Notes: generated by a model not told the origin, from the sequence alone. Shown: positions 34,054 through 44,487, counted from the first letter of the stretch. The stretch: 64,000 nucleotides of DNA from an uncultured Gemmatimonadaceae bacterium (GCA_963790305.1 CAWBOC010000010.1:64001-128000), one strand, 5' to 3'. A program made the numbers and translations.

Positions 34054-35078
34054 GGCGCGCGTGGCTGCTCGGCGCCGCGCTCATCGGGGCGTGCGGCGGT
34101 GACTCGGGGAAGACCGTCCTGACCGTCTATTCTCCCCATGGCAAGGACCTGCTCCAGCACTACGAGCAGGCATTCGAGCGGACCGACTCCACGGTGGATG
34201 TGCAGTGGGTCGACATGGGATCGCAGGAAGTGCTCGACCGCTTGCGCGCCGAAGCGGCGAATCCGCAGGCGGATCTCTGGTTCGGAGCGCCAGCGGAGAT
34301 CTTCGAGCGCGCAGCGAAGGAAGGGCTGCTCCAACCCTATCGCCCGACGTGGGTCAGCGCCGTGCCTGACGACGCACGCGATCCAGGGGACCTTTGGTAC
34401 GGAACGTATCTGACGCCGGAGGTGATCGGATACAACTCGGAGGCCGTGACCGACGCCGAGGCGCCGAAGGATTGGGACGATGTGCTGGATCCCAAGTGGC
34501 GTGACAAGATCATCATTCGCGATCCGATCGCATCGGGGACGATGCGCGCGATCTTCGGGGCGATCATCGCGCGCGAGGCCGCGCGCACGGGGTCGACCCG
34601 GGCGGGCTACGACTGGCTTCTGCGGTTGGACGCGAACACCAAGGAGTACACGCTCAATCCGACCATCCTCTACCAGAAGCTCGGCCGCCAGGAAGGCGTG
34701 GTCACGCTGTACAACATGCCCGACATGGCGACGTTGCAGCAGCGAACGAAGATTCCTGTGAAGTGGGTCGTTCCGGCGAGCGGTACGCCGGTGCTGGTCG
34801 AGGGAATCGCGGTCGTGAAGGGTGCCAAGCAGCCGGAAGTCGCGAAGCGTTTCTATGAGTTCGTGACAACCGCGGAGGCGCTGCGCCGCGCGGCGAATGA
34901 CTTCCTTCGCATTCCCGCCCGCACCGATCTCCCCGCCGATTCGCTGCCTGGGTGGATTCGAGACGCCAAGCGCACGATGAAGACGATGCCGGTCGACCGT
35001 CAGCTGCTCGCCGACTCGCTGGACGTCTGGATGCGCTACTGGGACGCCAACATCCGGAATCGCGGCAAGCGCTCGTGA
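34050..35078 (+). CDS. ABC transporter substrate-binding lipoprotein (Fe3+/thiamine/polyamine class)
   Basis: LIGAC lipobox; LTVYSPH, RLRAEAANPQADLW, PKDWDDVLDPKW, DPIASGT. Confidence 0.88.
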   Translation: MRRAWLLGAALIGACGGDSGKTVLTVYSPHGKDLLQHYEQAFERTDSTVDVQWVDMGSQEVLDRLRAEAANPQADLWFGAPAEIFERAAKEGLLQPYRPTWVSAVPDDARDPGDLWYGTYLTPEVIGYNSEAVTDAEAPKDWDDVLDPKWRDKIIIRDPIASGTMRAIFGAIIAREAARTGSTRAGYDWLLRLDANTKEYTLNPTILYQKLGRQEGVVTLYNMPDMATLQQRTKIPVKWVVPASGTPVLVEGIAVVKGAKQPEVAKRFYEFVTTAEALRRAANDFLRIPARTDLPADSLPGWIRDAKRTMKTMPVDRQLLADSLDVWMRYWDANIRNRGKRS

Positions 35079-36139
35079 CCGCCGCGACGTTGTCGCTGGT
35101 GGGAGTGACGCGCCGGTTCGGCGCACTCACCGCTGGCGGCACCCCCGCGGTCGACAAGCTCACACTCGACGTCCAGCAGGGCGAGCTCCTCGCTCTGGTC
35201 GGTGCGTCGGGCTCCGGCAAGACGACAACGCTTCGCATCATTGCCGGCCACGAAGCGCCTGACGAGGGGCGCGTGCTGCTCGAGGGCCGCGACATCACGG
35301 CGCTCCCTCCTCGGCGCCGCGGCTTCGGGATGGTGTTTCAGCACTACGCGCTCTTTCCACACATGACGGTGGGCGAGAACGTGGCCTTCGGCCTCGAGGC
35401 GCGAGGCATTCCGAAGGCCGAGCGTCGGGAGCGCGCGGCGCAGTCCTTGGCCAATGTCGGCCTCGGGAACGCGGGTCCACGACAGGTGCAATCGCTCTCG
35501 GGCGGCGAGCAGCAGCGTGTCGCACTCGCGCGCGCGCTGATCATCGAGCCCAGAGTGCTGCTGCTCGATGAGCCATTGTCGAACCTCGATCCGACGCTGC
35601 GGCGCACGACGCGCGACGAGCTGCGTGCCATGCTCCACCGGCTCGGCGTCACCGCGGTGTTCGTCACGCACGATCAGGAGGACGCCTTCGCCGTCGCCGA
35701 TCGCGTGGCACTTCTCGAGCGTGGGCGGCTCCTTCAGGTGGGCCGCCCGGAGGAGCTCTACGATCGGCCGGCCACGCGATCGGTGGCCGAGTTCATCGGG
35801 CGGGCGACGCTCGTCCCCGCGCGCATGAACGGTGATCGCGCCGTGGTGACGATTGGTGGGATCGCGCGCGAGGTGCGGGCGGCGCTACCGAATGGCCAGC
35901 CGGCTGAGGGGACTACCTTCGCGGTGTTGCGACCCGATGCCCTGGAAATAGTCACGTCACCCGCGCGAGATGACTGGCGCGGCACCATCGTCGAACGCCG
36001 CTTCGCGGGCGCTCTGCTCGCCTATCGGGTGAAGTTGGCCGAGGACGTCGAGGTGGAGGTGCACACGACGGAGCGCGGCCGCGAGATCGGGGAATCGGTC
36101 GCGGTGCGCGTGTCGCGAGAACCGGTGGCGGTCGTATGA
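35075..36139 (+). CDS. ABC transporter ATPase (FbpC/PotA type)
   Basis: GASGSGKTT, VFQHYALFPHM, LSGGEQQR, LLLDEP, TOBE-like C-terminus. Confidence 0.92.
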   Translation: MTAATLSLVGVTRRFGALTAGGTPAVDKLTLDVQQGELLALVGASGSGKTTTLRIIAGHEAPDEGRVLLEGRDITALPPRRRGFGMVFQHYALFPHMTVGENVAFGLEARGIPKAERRERAAQSLANVGLGNAGPRQVQSLSGGEQQRVALARALIIEPRVLLLDEPLSNLDPTLRRTTRDELRAMLHRLGVTAVFVTHDQEDAFAVADRVALLERGRLLQVGRPEELYDRPATRSVAEFIGRATLVPARMNGDRAVVTIGGIAREVRAALPNGQPAEGTTFAVLRPDALEIVTSPARDDWRGTIVERRFAGALLAYRVKLAEDVEVEVHTTERGREIGESVAVRVSREPVAVV

Positions 36140-37926
36140 CCGAAGGCGCGGGCGCCCCGCGGGCAGGGCGGAATTCGGATCAACGGCGGAAGACGCTTCG
36201 CTTTCCCGTACCCGTCATTGACCCGATTGCCGGAACACGGGGTCCATCCGCTTTCCGCGGTCCGCATTCGGCCACTTGGCTCCTTGCCGCCCCCGTCATC
36301 GCGATTCTCCTCTGGGCTGTTGTCTATCCCAACGTGTCCGTCATCGCCGGATCGCTGGCGGATGGCGCGCGCGCCTGGAAGGAGTTCTTCGCCAGCCCGG
36401 CCGATCGCGAGGCGGTCGTCTCGACGCTCATTGTCTCCGTCGGATCGGTCATCGCCGCCACGCTCATCGGGCTTCCGCTCGCGTTCCTGCTCGCGCGCTT
36501 CGAGTTTCGTGGCCGTCGCACGCTGAGCGCGATCGCGACCCTTCCTGCCGCACTCCCGCCACTCGTTGGCGTGGTGGCGTTCATGTTCCTCTATGGGGAA
36601 AGCGGCGTCGTCACGCGCGTGGTGCAGCACGCACTCGGCCTCGAGCGCGCACCCTGGTCGCTCACGGGCCTCTGGGCCATCGTGTTCGTGCACGCGTACA
36701 CGATGTACGTCTATGTCTTTCTGTTCGTGTCCGCGGGGCTCGAGCGCATCGACACGACCCTCGACGAAGCCGCCGAAGGCCTCGGAGCCTCGCGCGGCTT
36801 CCGGTTACGGCGCGTCACGCTTCCGCTCCTCACGCCGTCGATCGCCGGCGCGATGCTCCTCGTCTTCATGAGCGCCCTCGGCTCCTTCTCCGCGCCGTAC
36901 GTGTTCGGGGGTGGTATCCGCGTCCTCTCGACGCAGATCGTGGCGTCGAAGCTCAACGGGAACCTTGGCCTCGCCTACGCGGAGACGACCGTGCTCGCCC
37001 TTGCCGCGGTCGCCGGTCTGATCATCCTCCGTCGCTTCGAGCGACGACGCAGCTACGCCATGTCCGGCAAGGGCCGTCAGACGCGCGTCGTCGTGACCGC
37101 ACCGCTCGCGCGTGCGCTGCTGCCAGCGCTCGCGTTCGCGACCGTGGCGGTCCTGCTTCTGCCACACGCGATGGTGATTCTCGTGTCGTTCGCGCGCGAT
37201 GGAGCGTGGACGACGCAGGTTCTGCCGCCCGAGTATACGCTCGACAACTTCCGTCGAATGGCGACGGACCCCGCGCTCTGGGTCCCCATTCGCAACAGCG
37301 TATCGATGGCGTTGATCGCGACGGCGGCGAATGTCGTCATCTGCTTCGTCGCCGCGTACCTGATCGTGCTGCGAAGGTTCCCCGGACGTCGATTGCTCGA
37401 GCTCCTCGTCGCATTACCGTGGGCAATTCCCGCCACTGCCATCGCGATCGGGCTTGCCTCGACCTTCAATCGCGACGATCCGCTCACCCTGCGTGTGCTT
37501 CTGGTCGGCACGTTCTGGATTCTTCCGCTCGCGTACTTCATTCGCGGAATTCCTCTGGTGGCGACGGCCGTGGAAGGATCGCTCAAGCAGATGGATCCAT
37601 CCCTCGAGGACGCCGCGCATGGCCTTGGGGCCTCCTGGTGGATGGCGGTGCGCCGCGTGATCCTTCCCGCGGCGCGCCCGGGTCTGATCGCCGGCGCGCT
37701 ACTCGCCGCGGTGACCGCCGTCGGCGAATTCGTCGCGAGCGTCGTGCTCTACACGCACGCGAACCGCCCGATCGCGGTCGAGATTCTGGCGCAGCTGCGC
37801 AACCTCGCCTTCGGCACCGCGGCGGCGTACAGCGTTCTGCTGATCGGGCTCGTGCTCACCATTACGCTTCTCGCAAGGTGGACGGAGGGGAGAATGGGTC
37901 GGAGCAATGCCCCCGTGAACGTGTGA
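36136..37926 (+). CDS. ABC transporter permease (FbpB type, two TM domains)
   Basis: Two EAA loops: LDEAAEGLGA and LEDAAHGLGA. Confidence 0.9.
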   Translation: MTEGAGAPRAGRNSDQRRKTLRFPVPVIDPIAGTRGPSAFRGPHSATWLLAAPVIAILLWAVVYPNVSVIAGSLADGARAWKEFFASPADREAVVSTLIVSVGSVIAATLIGLPLAFLLARFEFRGRRTLSAIATLPAALPPLVGVVAFMFLYGESGVVTRVVQHALGLERAPWSLTGLWAIVFVHAYTMYVYVFLFVSAGLERIDTTLDEAAEGLGASRGFRLRRVTLPLLTPSIAGAMLLVFMSALGSFSAPYVFGGGIRVLSTQIVASKLNGNLGLAYAETTVLALAAVAGLIILRRFERRRSYAMSGKGRQTRVVVTAPLARALLPALAFATVAVLLLPHAMVILVSFARDGAWTTQVLPPEYTLDNFRRMATDPALWVPIRNSVSMALIATAANVVICFVAAYLIVLRRFPGRRLLELLVALPWAIPATAIAIGLASTFNRDDPLTLRVLLVGTFWILPLAYFIRGIPLVATAVEGSLKQMDPSLEDAAHGLGASWWMAVRRVILPAARPGLIAGALLAAVTAVGEFVASVVLYTHANRPIAVEILAQLRNLAFGTAAAYSVLLIGLVLTITLLARWTEGRMGRSNAPVNV

Positions 37927-37934
37927 GGGCTGAA

Positions 37935-38057
37935 AGGGGCAACTTCTGCAGACGTCAGGAATCAGAGGTCAGGTCTCAGCGGGCAGACACGGCGTTTGCC
38001 GCTATCTGACCACTGACACCTGACGTCTGATTCCTGACGTCTGCAGAAGTTGCCCCT
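37935..38057. repeat. 53-bp inverted repeat built partly from TCAG-core 7-mers; MITE/REP-like
   Basis: Arms 37935-37987 and 38005-38057; outer 32 bp perfect, 4 mismatches in total, 17-nt loop. Confidence 0.88.
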
Positions 38058-40095
38058 GACCGCTCTTCCGTGCCGCCGCGATGACCGAATCCCGATCTAT
38101 CCTCTCAAAACGCGGGACCGCCCCCGTGCTCGAATCCGCCGGCCTGAGCAGCCATACCTCTCGCTCCGGATGCTCGGCGAGCAGGAGCGTGTCCCGCTCA
38201 TGAAGATCCCGCGCGTACAGTGTCCCGTCCGAGCCCGCGAGGAACAACGGCGTCAGCAGCGTGAAGCCCCGGCGGTCGTCAGCGATCCGCTGCAGGCAGC
38301 GCGGGACGTACCGCGCGCCGGGAAGCACGCGCTCGCTGGCGTCGGGCGAGAGCGTCGATGGGACGACGCGCATGGAGTCGCGCATCAGCGGCGCGAATGC
38401 GTCGGCGGCGGCCTGACCGCGAACCCCTTGCTGTTCCAGCCGGGCCGCGCCCTGCTCGAGGAGGCAGGCATCGACGCGCGCATAGAGCCGCTCGGTCTGC
38501 GCTCGCGTTAGGCCGAGCGCCCAAAGTCGAGCAACGAGCTGGGAGCCCCAGCTCTCGCGAACGAATACCAGCCCCTGACGGACGCCCGCATCACGCGCGG
38601 CGGCGTCGGCGTCCCAGCGCATCGTCGTGAGCCCCGCCGCGTACTGGCGCGCGCGCTGCGGCACCAGCGACAGCGTCGCGATGGCCGCTGCCGCGGCGAG
38701 CGAATACACGGTCGTTCGCAGCGGGAGTCCATCCCCCAGCCGTTCGTGAATGAACGCGGGGAACCGCGCCGTCCACAGCGACAGGACCGGGGCCAACGGA
38801 TACAGGTACCGAGGGCCGAGGTAGAACCCGTCGTGCCAGAACGCGAAATAGATCGTGACGAGCAGAGCGCCGCTGCCTAACAGATAGCGGTCGAAGCGGT
38901 CGAGGCGTGGAGCGAGCGCGAGGGCGGCGACGGCCGGCAGCAGCGACGGAATCGGCCACTCGAAGAGGTATGTCTGAAGGCGGAGAAAATAGAGATTGAT
39001 GAGCTCGATCCCGCGAGCCGGTGAGTGGGAAGCACCCCACGGCGATGATCGAAACCCGAGCCCGTGCTCCCTCCCCCACAACATCTCGTAGCCGAGCAAC
39101 AACGGATCGCCTGTCGTGCGCGAATTGAACCACGCGAGCGCGAGGAGCGGGAGTGCGACTCCGACCCCTGCCACGCTCGCCTCGAGCCATCGCGCGCGCT
39201 TCCTGATCGCGCGCACGAGAAGCCATGCTCCCGCCGGCAGCGCGAACGCGACCGCATCGATCGGCCGTATCGTCGCGGTGAGGCCGAGGGCCAAGCCACA
39301 CACGAGTGCGGCGACCGGGTGTTGAGCGTCATCCTTCACTGCGTGCGCCAGCGCCGCGATCGCGATCATCAGGCACATCAGGGCAGTCGCGTGATTCATG
39401 TACGTCGCCGACATGAAGGCGACCAGCGGCGCCAGCGCGAAGAGCACCAGCGCGCCGACGCGTACCGTCACGTGTGACTCGGCCACGCGCAGGTAGATCC
39501 CGAACGCGGCGACGGCGACGCCACCGGCGATCGGCACGACGATCCACGGCGCGCCAACGAGCTCGCCCAGCATGAGCAGTGCGGAGTGGCCGGGCGGGAA
39601 GTGCGCGAAGGCGCGCCCCTCCGCCTCGACGCGGTGTATGCCGCTGAAGAATTCCGGGTGCGAGCCCACCGCCGTCGTCAGACGGCCCTCACCGAAGATC
39701 CGCGCTTGCCACACCTGGAAGATCTCATCCACGAGCAGCGGCCTGGCGTCGAACACCAGATGCGCGATGAGCGCGTACACGACGACGCTCACGATCGCCA
39801 AGCCGGCGAGCATCACCGCCGGCGAGCGATCGAGCGTGACCGCGAAGCGCGCACCCAGGCCGTCGTGCCACAGGGCGGGGATTCTCCGCGAGGCGATCGC
39901 GAGCACGAGACCGATGCCGATCGCCAATGCGCTGCCCGTGACCCATGTGGACGCGACGGGGGCGTACCACGGAGCGTGATGTCCCCCCGCCAGCCAGTTC
40001 GCGACTGGAAGAAAGCCGAGCACCGCGATCGCCACAGCAATGGCGAGCGCGAGCGGATCGAACGAGCGAGTATGTGGATGCGGAGGTCCCTGCAT
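38002..40095 (-). CDS. Polytopic GT-C (ArnT/PMT-like) glycosyltransferase-like membrane protein
   Basis: Many TM helices; LLVDE motif, FAHFPPG, ATYMNH, IRP, GPRY. Start uncertain (40095 or 40203). Confidence 0.65.
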   Translation of the reverse strand: MQGPPHPHTRSFDPLALAIAVAIAVLGFLPVANWLAGGHHAPWYAPVASTWVTGSALAIGIGLVLAIASRRIPALWHDGLGARFAVTLDRSPAVMLAGLAIVSVVVYALIAHLVFDARPLLVDEIFQVWQARIFGEGRLTTAVGSHPEFFSGIHRVEAEGRAFAHFPPGHSALLMLGELVGAPWIVVPIAGGVAVAAFGIYLRVAESHVTVRVGALVLFALAPLVAFMSATYMNHATALMCLMIAIAALAHAVKDDAQHPVAALVCGLALGLTATIRPIDAVAFALPAGAWLLVRAIRKRARWLEASVAGVGVALPLLALAWFNSRTTGDPLLLGYEMLWGREHGLGFRSSPWGASHSPARGIELINLYFLRLQTYLFEWPIPSLLPAVAALALAPRLDRFDRYLLGSGALLVTIYFAFWHDGFYLGPRYLYPLAPVLSLWTARFPAFIHERLGDGLPLRTTVYSLAAAAAIATLSLVPQRARQYAAGLTTMRWDADAAARDAGVRQGLVFVRESWGSQLVARLWALGLTRAQTERLYARVDACLLEQGAARLEQQGVRGQAAADAFAPLMRDSMRVVPSTLSPDASERVLPGARYVPRCLQRIADDRRGFTLLTPLFLAGSDGTLYARDLHERDTLLLAEHPEREVWLLRPADSSTGAVPRFERIDRDSVIAAARKSGQGQLLQTSGIRRQVSVVR

Positions 40096-40218
40096 GCGCG
40101 AGGTGGACGAGCCACACGCTCCGTCTGCAACCGGGGGTTGCTTGCCTCGCCCCCGGGACTGCTTCCTCGTAGATTGGGGAGCAGGAAATCCGCGCGATTC
40201 CACAGCTGAGCCACCGAC

Positions 40219-42216
40219 ATGGCCCCCGAGCTCTCGCTAGGCACGGGCGACGACTTTTCCGCGCGTCTAGGGCGTCTCGAGGCCCTTCTCGATGCGATCC
40301 CGGCACCGTTGGCGGTGCTGGATGTACCATCATCGCGCCTGGTGTTCACGAACCGTCGGTTCGTCGAGCTCACCGGTGTCGACGCGTCGGTCTCGAAGGC
40401 CCGCACCTTCCGTCAGGCATTTCCCTCGATGGAAATCGACCTGCGCGAAGCCGTCGCCGAAGCGAGCCAGGGGCAGATTCAGCGTGCGCTGCGCATGACG
40501 GTCCGTAATGGACCGCGCATGCGCGTGCTCGAAGCCGTCTTCCGCGCCCTGGGCGACGAGCGACCGGCCCACGAGGTCGTGTTCGCCGGCGTCGATGTCA
40601 CGGAGCGCGAGCAGCTACGCGAAGACCTGGCGCACCTGGTCGGGCAGCTGACGTCCATTTTCGGCGTGATTCCCAATGCCGTGCGAGTCTTCGACGTCCA
40701 TGGCAACGTCGTTCGCGCCAACGCCCAGGCCATGCGGGACTGTGAGCTGGGCGCTTCCTCGACGCTCCTCGATCAGATCGAGTGCGAGGAACCATACACC
40801 CTGGACGACGTGCCGGTCGATCTCGAGCGCCACCCGACATCTCGCGCGCTTCGTGGAGAGCGCGTTCGCTCCGAGATGCTGCGGGTTGCGCGGGGATCCT
40901 CCACATCGCGTGTGATCGAGGTGAGCGCGAATCCGCTGCATGATGATCTTGGCGAAGTGCGCGGCGCCGTCACTGTCGAGCGGGACGTCACCGACCGCCT
41001 CGCGCTGCTCCGCGAGCTCGAGGAGAAAGCGAAGCAGATCGACCAGCTGTATGCGCGTGCCTCGACCGAGACGGAGCGGCTCGAGCGCATGGTCGGTGAG
41101 CGCACCGCCGAGCTGCTCGCGATTCAGGAGCGTCATGCGCGAGAGCGCCGCCTCGCCGCCATCGGCCAGCTCGCCGCCGGCGTCATGCACGATGTGAACA
41201 ATGCGCTCAACCCGATCATGGCGGCGGCGTACCTGCTCGACCGGCATGCCGATGACCCGAACGCCGTCCGTGAATACGCCGCGCGCATCGCGAAGGCGGC
41301 CGAGACCGGAGCCGCGACGTCGGCGCGCGTGGGCCGGTTCATTCGACAGGATCCGCTCGACGAAGGGAGCGAATCGGAGCTCGACCTCGGCACGCTGGCC
41401 GGGGAGGTCGTGGCGATGATGCGGTCGCTGTGGGCCGAGCGCCAAACGGGCGGTCCGATCCAGCTCGAATTGCGGCTCGCGTCGGCGCCAGCGGTCGGTG
41501 TGGCCGGCGAAGTGCGCGCGGCGATCATGAACCTCATCCACAACGCGCTCGATGCAACCGTCGATGGAGGCACCATCACCATCGAGACGCGCACCGACGG
41601 CGTCGAATCCATCGTCGAGGTCGGCGACACGGGAGTCGGCATGACCGAGCACGTGCGTGAGCATGCATTCGAGCCGTTCTTCAGCACCAAGGAGGCGACA
41701 GGGAGCGGACTCGGCCTCGCCGAGGTGTACGGGATCATGAAGCGCCATCGTGGATCCGCCGAGATCGTGAGTCACCCCAATGCGGGCGCCACGGTGCGGC
41801 TTCGCTTTCGCGCGCACGCGACCCCGACGCGGGAATCCACGCTGGCGGTGGCTTCTCCAGCGTCCAAACGTCGCATCCTTCTGGTCGAGGACAATGACGA
41901 CGGCCGCGAGTTCCTGAGGCTCATCCTGCAATCCCACGGGCATCACGTGGAATCCGTCGCGACGCTCGGCGAAGGCCTCTCGCTGCTCGAGGCATCCACG
42001 TCGTCCCCATTCGAGGTGCTCATCAGCGACATCGGGCTCCCCGACGGCAGTGGCTGGGACCTCGTGCGAAAGGCGAGGGCGCGCTGGCCTCACATGCGCA
42101 TCGGTGTCGTCACCGGCTGGGAAGGAAACCGGTCGACCACGACCGAGGCGGACTTCGTGCTGCGCAAGCCCATCCCGCCGGCTGAGCTCGTTGCGCTCGT
42201 TGCACCCACATCATGA
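40219..42216 (+). CDS. PAS-PAS-HisKA-HATPase-REC hybrid kinase
   Basis: GQLAAGVMHDVNN, NLIHNALDA, DTGVGM, FEPFFSTK, GSGLGL, ILLVEDN...SDIGLP. Confidence 0.9.
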   Translation: MAPELSLGTGDDFSARLGRLEALLDAIPAPLAVLDVPSSRLVFTNRRFVELTGVDASVSKARTFRQAFPSMEIDLREAVAEASQGQIQRALRMTVRNGPRMRVLEAVFRALGDERPAHEVVFAGVDVTEREQLREDLAHLVGQLTSIFGVIPNAVRVFDVHGNVVRANAQAMRDCELGASSTLLDQIECEEPYTLDDVPVDLERHPTSRALRGERVRSEMLRVARGSSTSRVIEVSANPLHDDLGEVRGAVTVERDVTDRLALLRELEEKAKQIDQLYARASTETERLERMVGERTAELLAIQERHARERRLAAIGQLAAGVMHDVNNALNPIMAAAYLLDRHADDPNAVREYAARIAKAAETGAATSARVGRFIRQDPLDEGSESELDLGTLAGEVVAMMRSLWAERQTGGPIQLELRLASAPAVGVAGEVRAAIMNLIHNALDATVDGGTITIETRTDGVESIVEVGDTGVGMTEHVREHAFEPFFSTKEATGSGLGLAEVYGIMKRHRGSAEIVSHPNAGATVRLRFRAHATPTRESTLAVASPASKRRILLVEDNDDGREFLRLILQSHGHHVESVATLGEGLSLLEASTSSPFEVLISDIGLPDGSGWDLVRKARARWPHMRIGVVTGWEGNRSTTTEADFVLRKPIPPAELVALVAPTS

Positions 42217-42229
42217 CGACGTTCGATTC

Positions 42230-42871
42230 ATGCCTACTCTTGCTTCCGACAGTCGCATGACAGACGTGGCGCCCCTGATTCGCGTCCTCGTTGCCGAAGA
42301 TGATGAGAACGCGCGCGCGCTACTGGTGGAGTTGCTGCGCGAGCTTGGTCACGACGTCGTCGCCGAGGTGGGAACCGGCGAGCAGGCGATCGCCAGCGCC
42401 CGCGCCTCGCGTCCCGACGTCGTGCTCCTGGACGTTCACATGCCCGGCCAGTCGGGGATCCAGGCCGCCGAGGCCATCGCGAACGAAGTCGACGAGGCAG
42501 GCGTTGTATTGTTGACGGGCGACAGCTCCCTCTCGTTGAGCGACCGCGACGCGGTCGCGACGTCGGCCATCGCGTTCCTCGCCAAGCCGGCGTCTCCCCG
42601 CGTCATCGACTCGACGGTTCGACTTGCCGCGCGACGCGCTCGCGAGCTGGTGAAGGCGCGGCGGGATGTGATCGCCGCGCGCCGCGAGCTGGAGAATCGC
42701 AAGATCATCGAGCGCGCGAAGGGAATCCTGATGCGCCGCACCGGATCATCGGAGCAGGAGGCCTATCGTATTCTGCAGCGCACGAGCCAGGACCGCGGCG
42801 AGCCGATGGTCGACATTGCGCGCGCGGTCATCGACAGCGAGCCGAGCCCTTCGAATCCGGGACGAAAGTAA
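42230..42871 (+). CDS. REC-ANTAR response regulator (RNA-binding antiterminator type)
   Basis: VLVAEDD...LLDVHMP receiver; LENRKIIERAKGILM...SEQEAYRILQRTS ANTAR. Confidence 0.92.
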   Translation: MPTLASDSRMTDVAPLIRVLVAEDDENARALLVELLRELGHDVVAEVGTGEQAIASARASRPDVVLLDVHMPGQSGIQAAEAIANEVDEAGVVLLTGDSSLSLSDRDAVATSAIAFLAKPASPRVIDSTVRLAARRARELVKARRDVIAARRELENRKIIERAKGILMRRTGSSEQEAYRILQRTSQDRGEPMVDIARAVIDSEPSPSNPGRK

Positions 42872-42898
42872 TCGGGGCCTAACCGACTTTTCGAACGT

Positions 42899-44152
42899 AT
42901 GAAGTCGCACCTCCCTCACGTCGTCATCCTCGGCGGCGGATTCGGCGGCACGCGCGCCGCACGCGGGCTCCGCACCGCACCCGTGCGCGTCACCCTGATC
43001 GATCGCACGAATCATCACGTCTTCCAGCCGCTGCTGTATCAGGTCGCGACCGCGGGGCTGGCGGGAAGCGACATCGCGTCGCCGATTCGTTGGATGCTGC
43101 GACGCCAGCGCAACGCCACGGTCCTCATGGCCGAGGTGACAGCCGTGGATCCGGAGCGGCGCGTGGTTCGGCTGGACCATGGCGAGGAACTGGCGTATGA
43201 CTACCTCATCGCCGCGACTGGGGCACGCCACTCCTACTTTGGCCACGGAGAATGGGAAGCGCATGCGCCCGGTCTCAAGAGCCTCGAGGACGCGCTGGAG
43301 ATTCGCCGTCGGTTTCTCGTCGCGTTCGAGATGGCGGAGAAGATCGAGGACTCCGAGGAGCGGCGCGCCCTGCTGACGTTCGTGCTCGTCGGAGGCGGTC
43401 CAACCGGCGTCGAGCTCGCCGGCGTCATGCAGGAGATCGCGCGCGCCATGCGCAGCGATTTCCGACGGATCGACACTCGTGGGACGCGCGTCATCCTGCT
43501 CGAGGGCGGGCCGCGCGTTCTTCCATCCTTTCCCGAGTCGCTGTCGGCGCGCGCGCGAGCGGATCTGATCGACCTGGGTGTGGAGGTGCGGACGAATGCG
43601 CTCGTCACTCGCGTCGAGCCCGGAGTCGTGTGGGTCGGGGATGAGCGGATCGCGGCCCGCACGGTCTTCTGGGCCGCCGGCAACGAGGCGTCGCGCGTCG
43701 GCCAGTCGTTAGGCTCGCGTCACGATCGGGCGGGACGCGTCGAGGTCGAGCCCGATCTTTCGGTGTCGGGGCACCCCGAGATCTTCGTCGTCGGCGACCT
43801 GGCCATCGTCACCAAGGACGGTAAGCAGGTCCCCGCCGTCGCCCCCGCGGCCATGCAGATGGGTTCCCTGGCCGCCCGGAACATCCGCCACGATCTTCGC
43901 GGCGACCCACGGGTATCATTTCGATATCGCAACAAGGGCGATCTGGCCACGATCGGCCGCTACAAGGCCATCGCCGATTTCGGAACGTTCCACGTCACGG
44001 GGCGGCTCGCATGGTGGTTCTGGCTGTTCGTTCACATCATGTATCTCGTCGGCTTCCGCAACCGCCTGAGCGTGCTGCTCCAGTGGGCGTACGCGTATTT
44101 CACCTACCAGCGTGGCGTGCGGCTCATCACCCCGGACTCGCGTCTCTGCTGA
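42899..44152 (+). CDS. ndh: Type II NADH:quinone oxidoreductase
   Basis: VILGGGFGG, FQPLLYQVAT, VGGGPTGVELAG, VWVG..WAAG, GDLA, APAAMQMG. Confidence 0.92.
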   Translation: MKSHLPHVVILGGGFGGTRAARGLRTAPVRVTLIDRTNHHVFQPLLYQVATAGLAGSDIASPIRWMLRRQRNATVLMAEVTAVDPERRVVRLDHGEELAYDYLIAATGARHSYFGHGEWEAHAPGLKSLEDALEIRRRFLVAFEMAEKIEDSEERRALLTFVLVGGGPTGVELAGVMQEIARAMRSDFRRIDTRGTRVILLEGGPRVLPSFPESLSARARADLIDLGVEVRTNALVTRVEPGVVWVGDERIAARTVFWAAGNEASRVGQSLGSRHDRAGRVEVEPDLSVSGHPEIFVVGDLAIVTKDGKQVPAVAPAAMQMGSLAARNIRHDLRGDPRVSFRYRNKGDLATIGRYKAIADFGTFHVTGRLAWWFWLFVHIMYLVGFRNRLSVLLQWAYAYFTYQRGVRLITPDSRLC

Positions 44153-44487
44153 GAGCGCTGGTAGCCGCCGCGCTCCCCGCGGCGCTGCTCGCCTGCGGCG
44201 ATGCGCCCTCCGGCCCATCGAACACCGGTGTTCCGGTGGCGCGCGTCATCATCGTTCCCGATAGCGTCTCGCTTCCGCGCTCTCAGACGATGCGTATCGA
44301 GGCGCTCCTCGTGGACGCGGCGGGGAATGAGCTGGGCGGTCGTACGATTCTCTGGACCAGCTCCGACACGATGCGTGTGAAGGTGGCGTCGGGTGGAACG
44401 GTCACCGCCGCCGACGTCGGCTGGTCACTCGTGCGGGCGTCGAGCGAGGGGAAGGTGGATAGCGTCAAGGTGATAGTGACCCAATAA
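44146..44487 (+). CDS. Small lipoprotein with Ig-like (Big_2) domain
   Basis: AALLAC lipobox; VARVIIVP, WTSSDT, GTVTA, ASSEGK. Start codon unclear. Confidence 0.6.
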   Translation: MLRALVAAALPAALLACGDAPSGPSNTGVPVARVIIVPDSVSLPRSQTMRIEALLVDAAGNELGGRTILWTSSDTMRVKVASGGTVTAADVGWSLVRASSEGKVDSVKVIVTQ

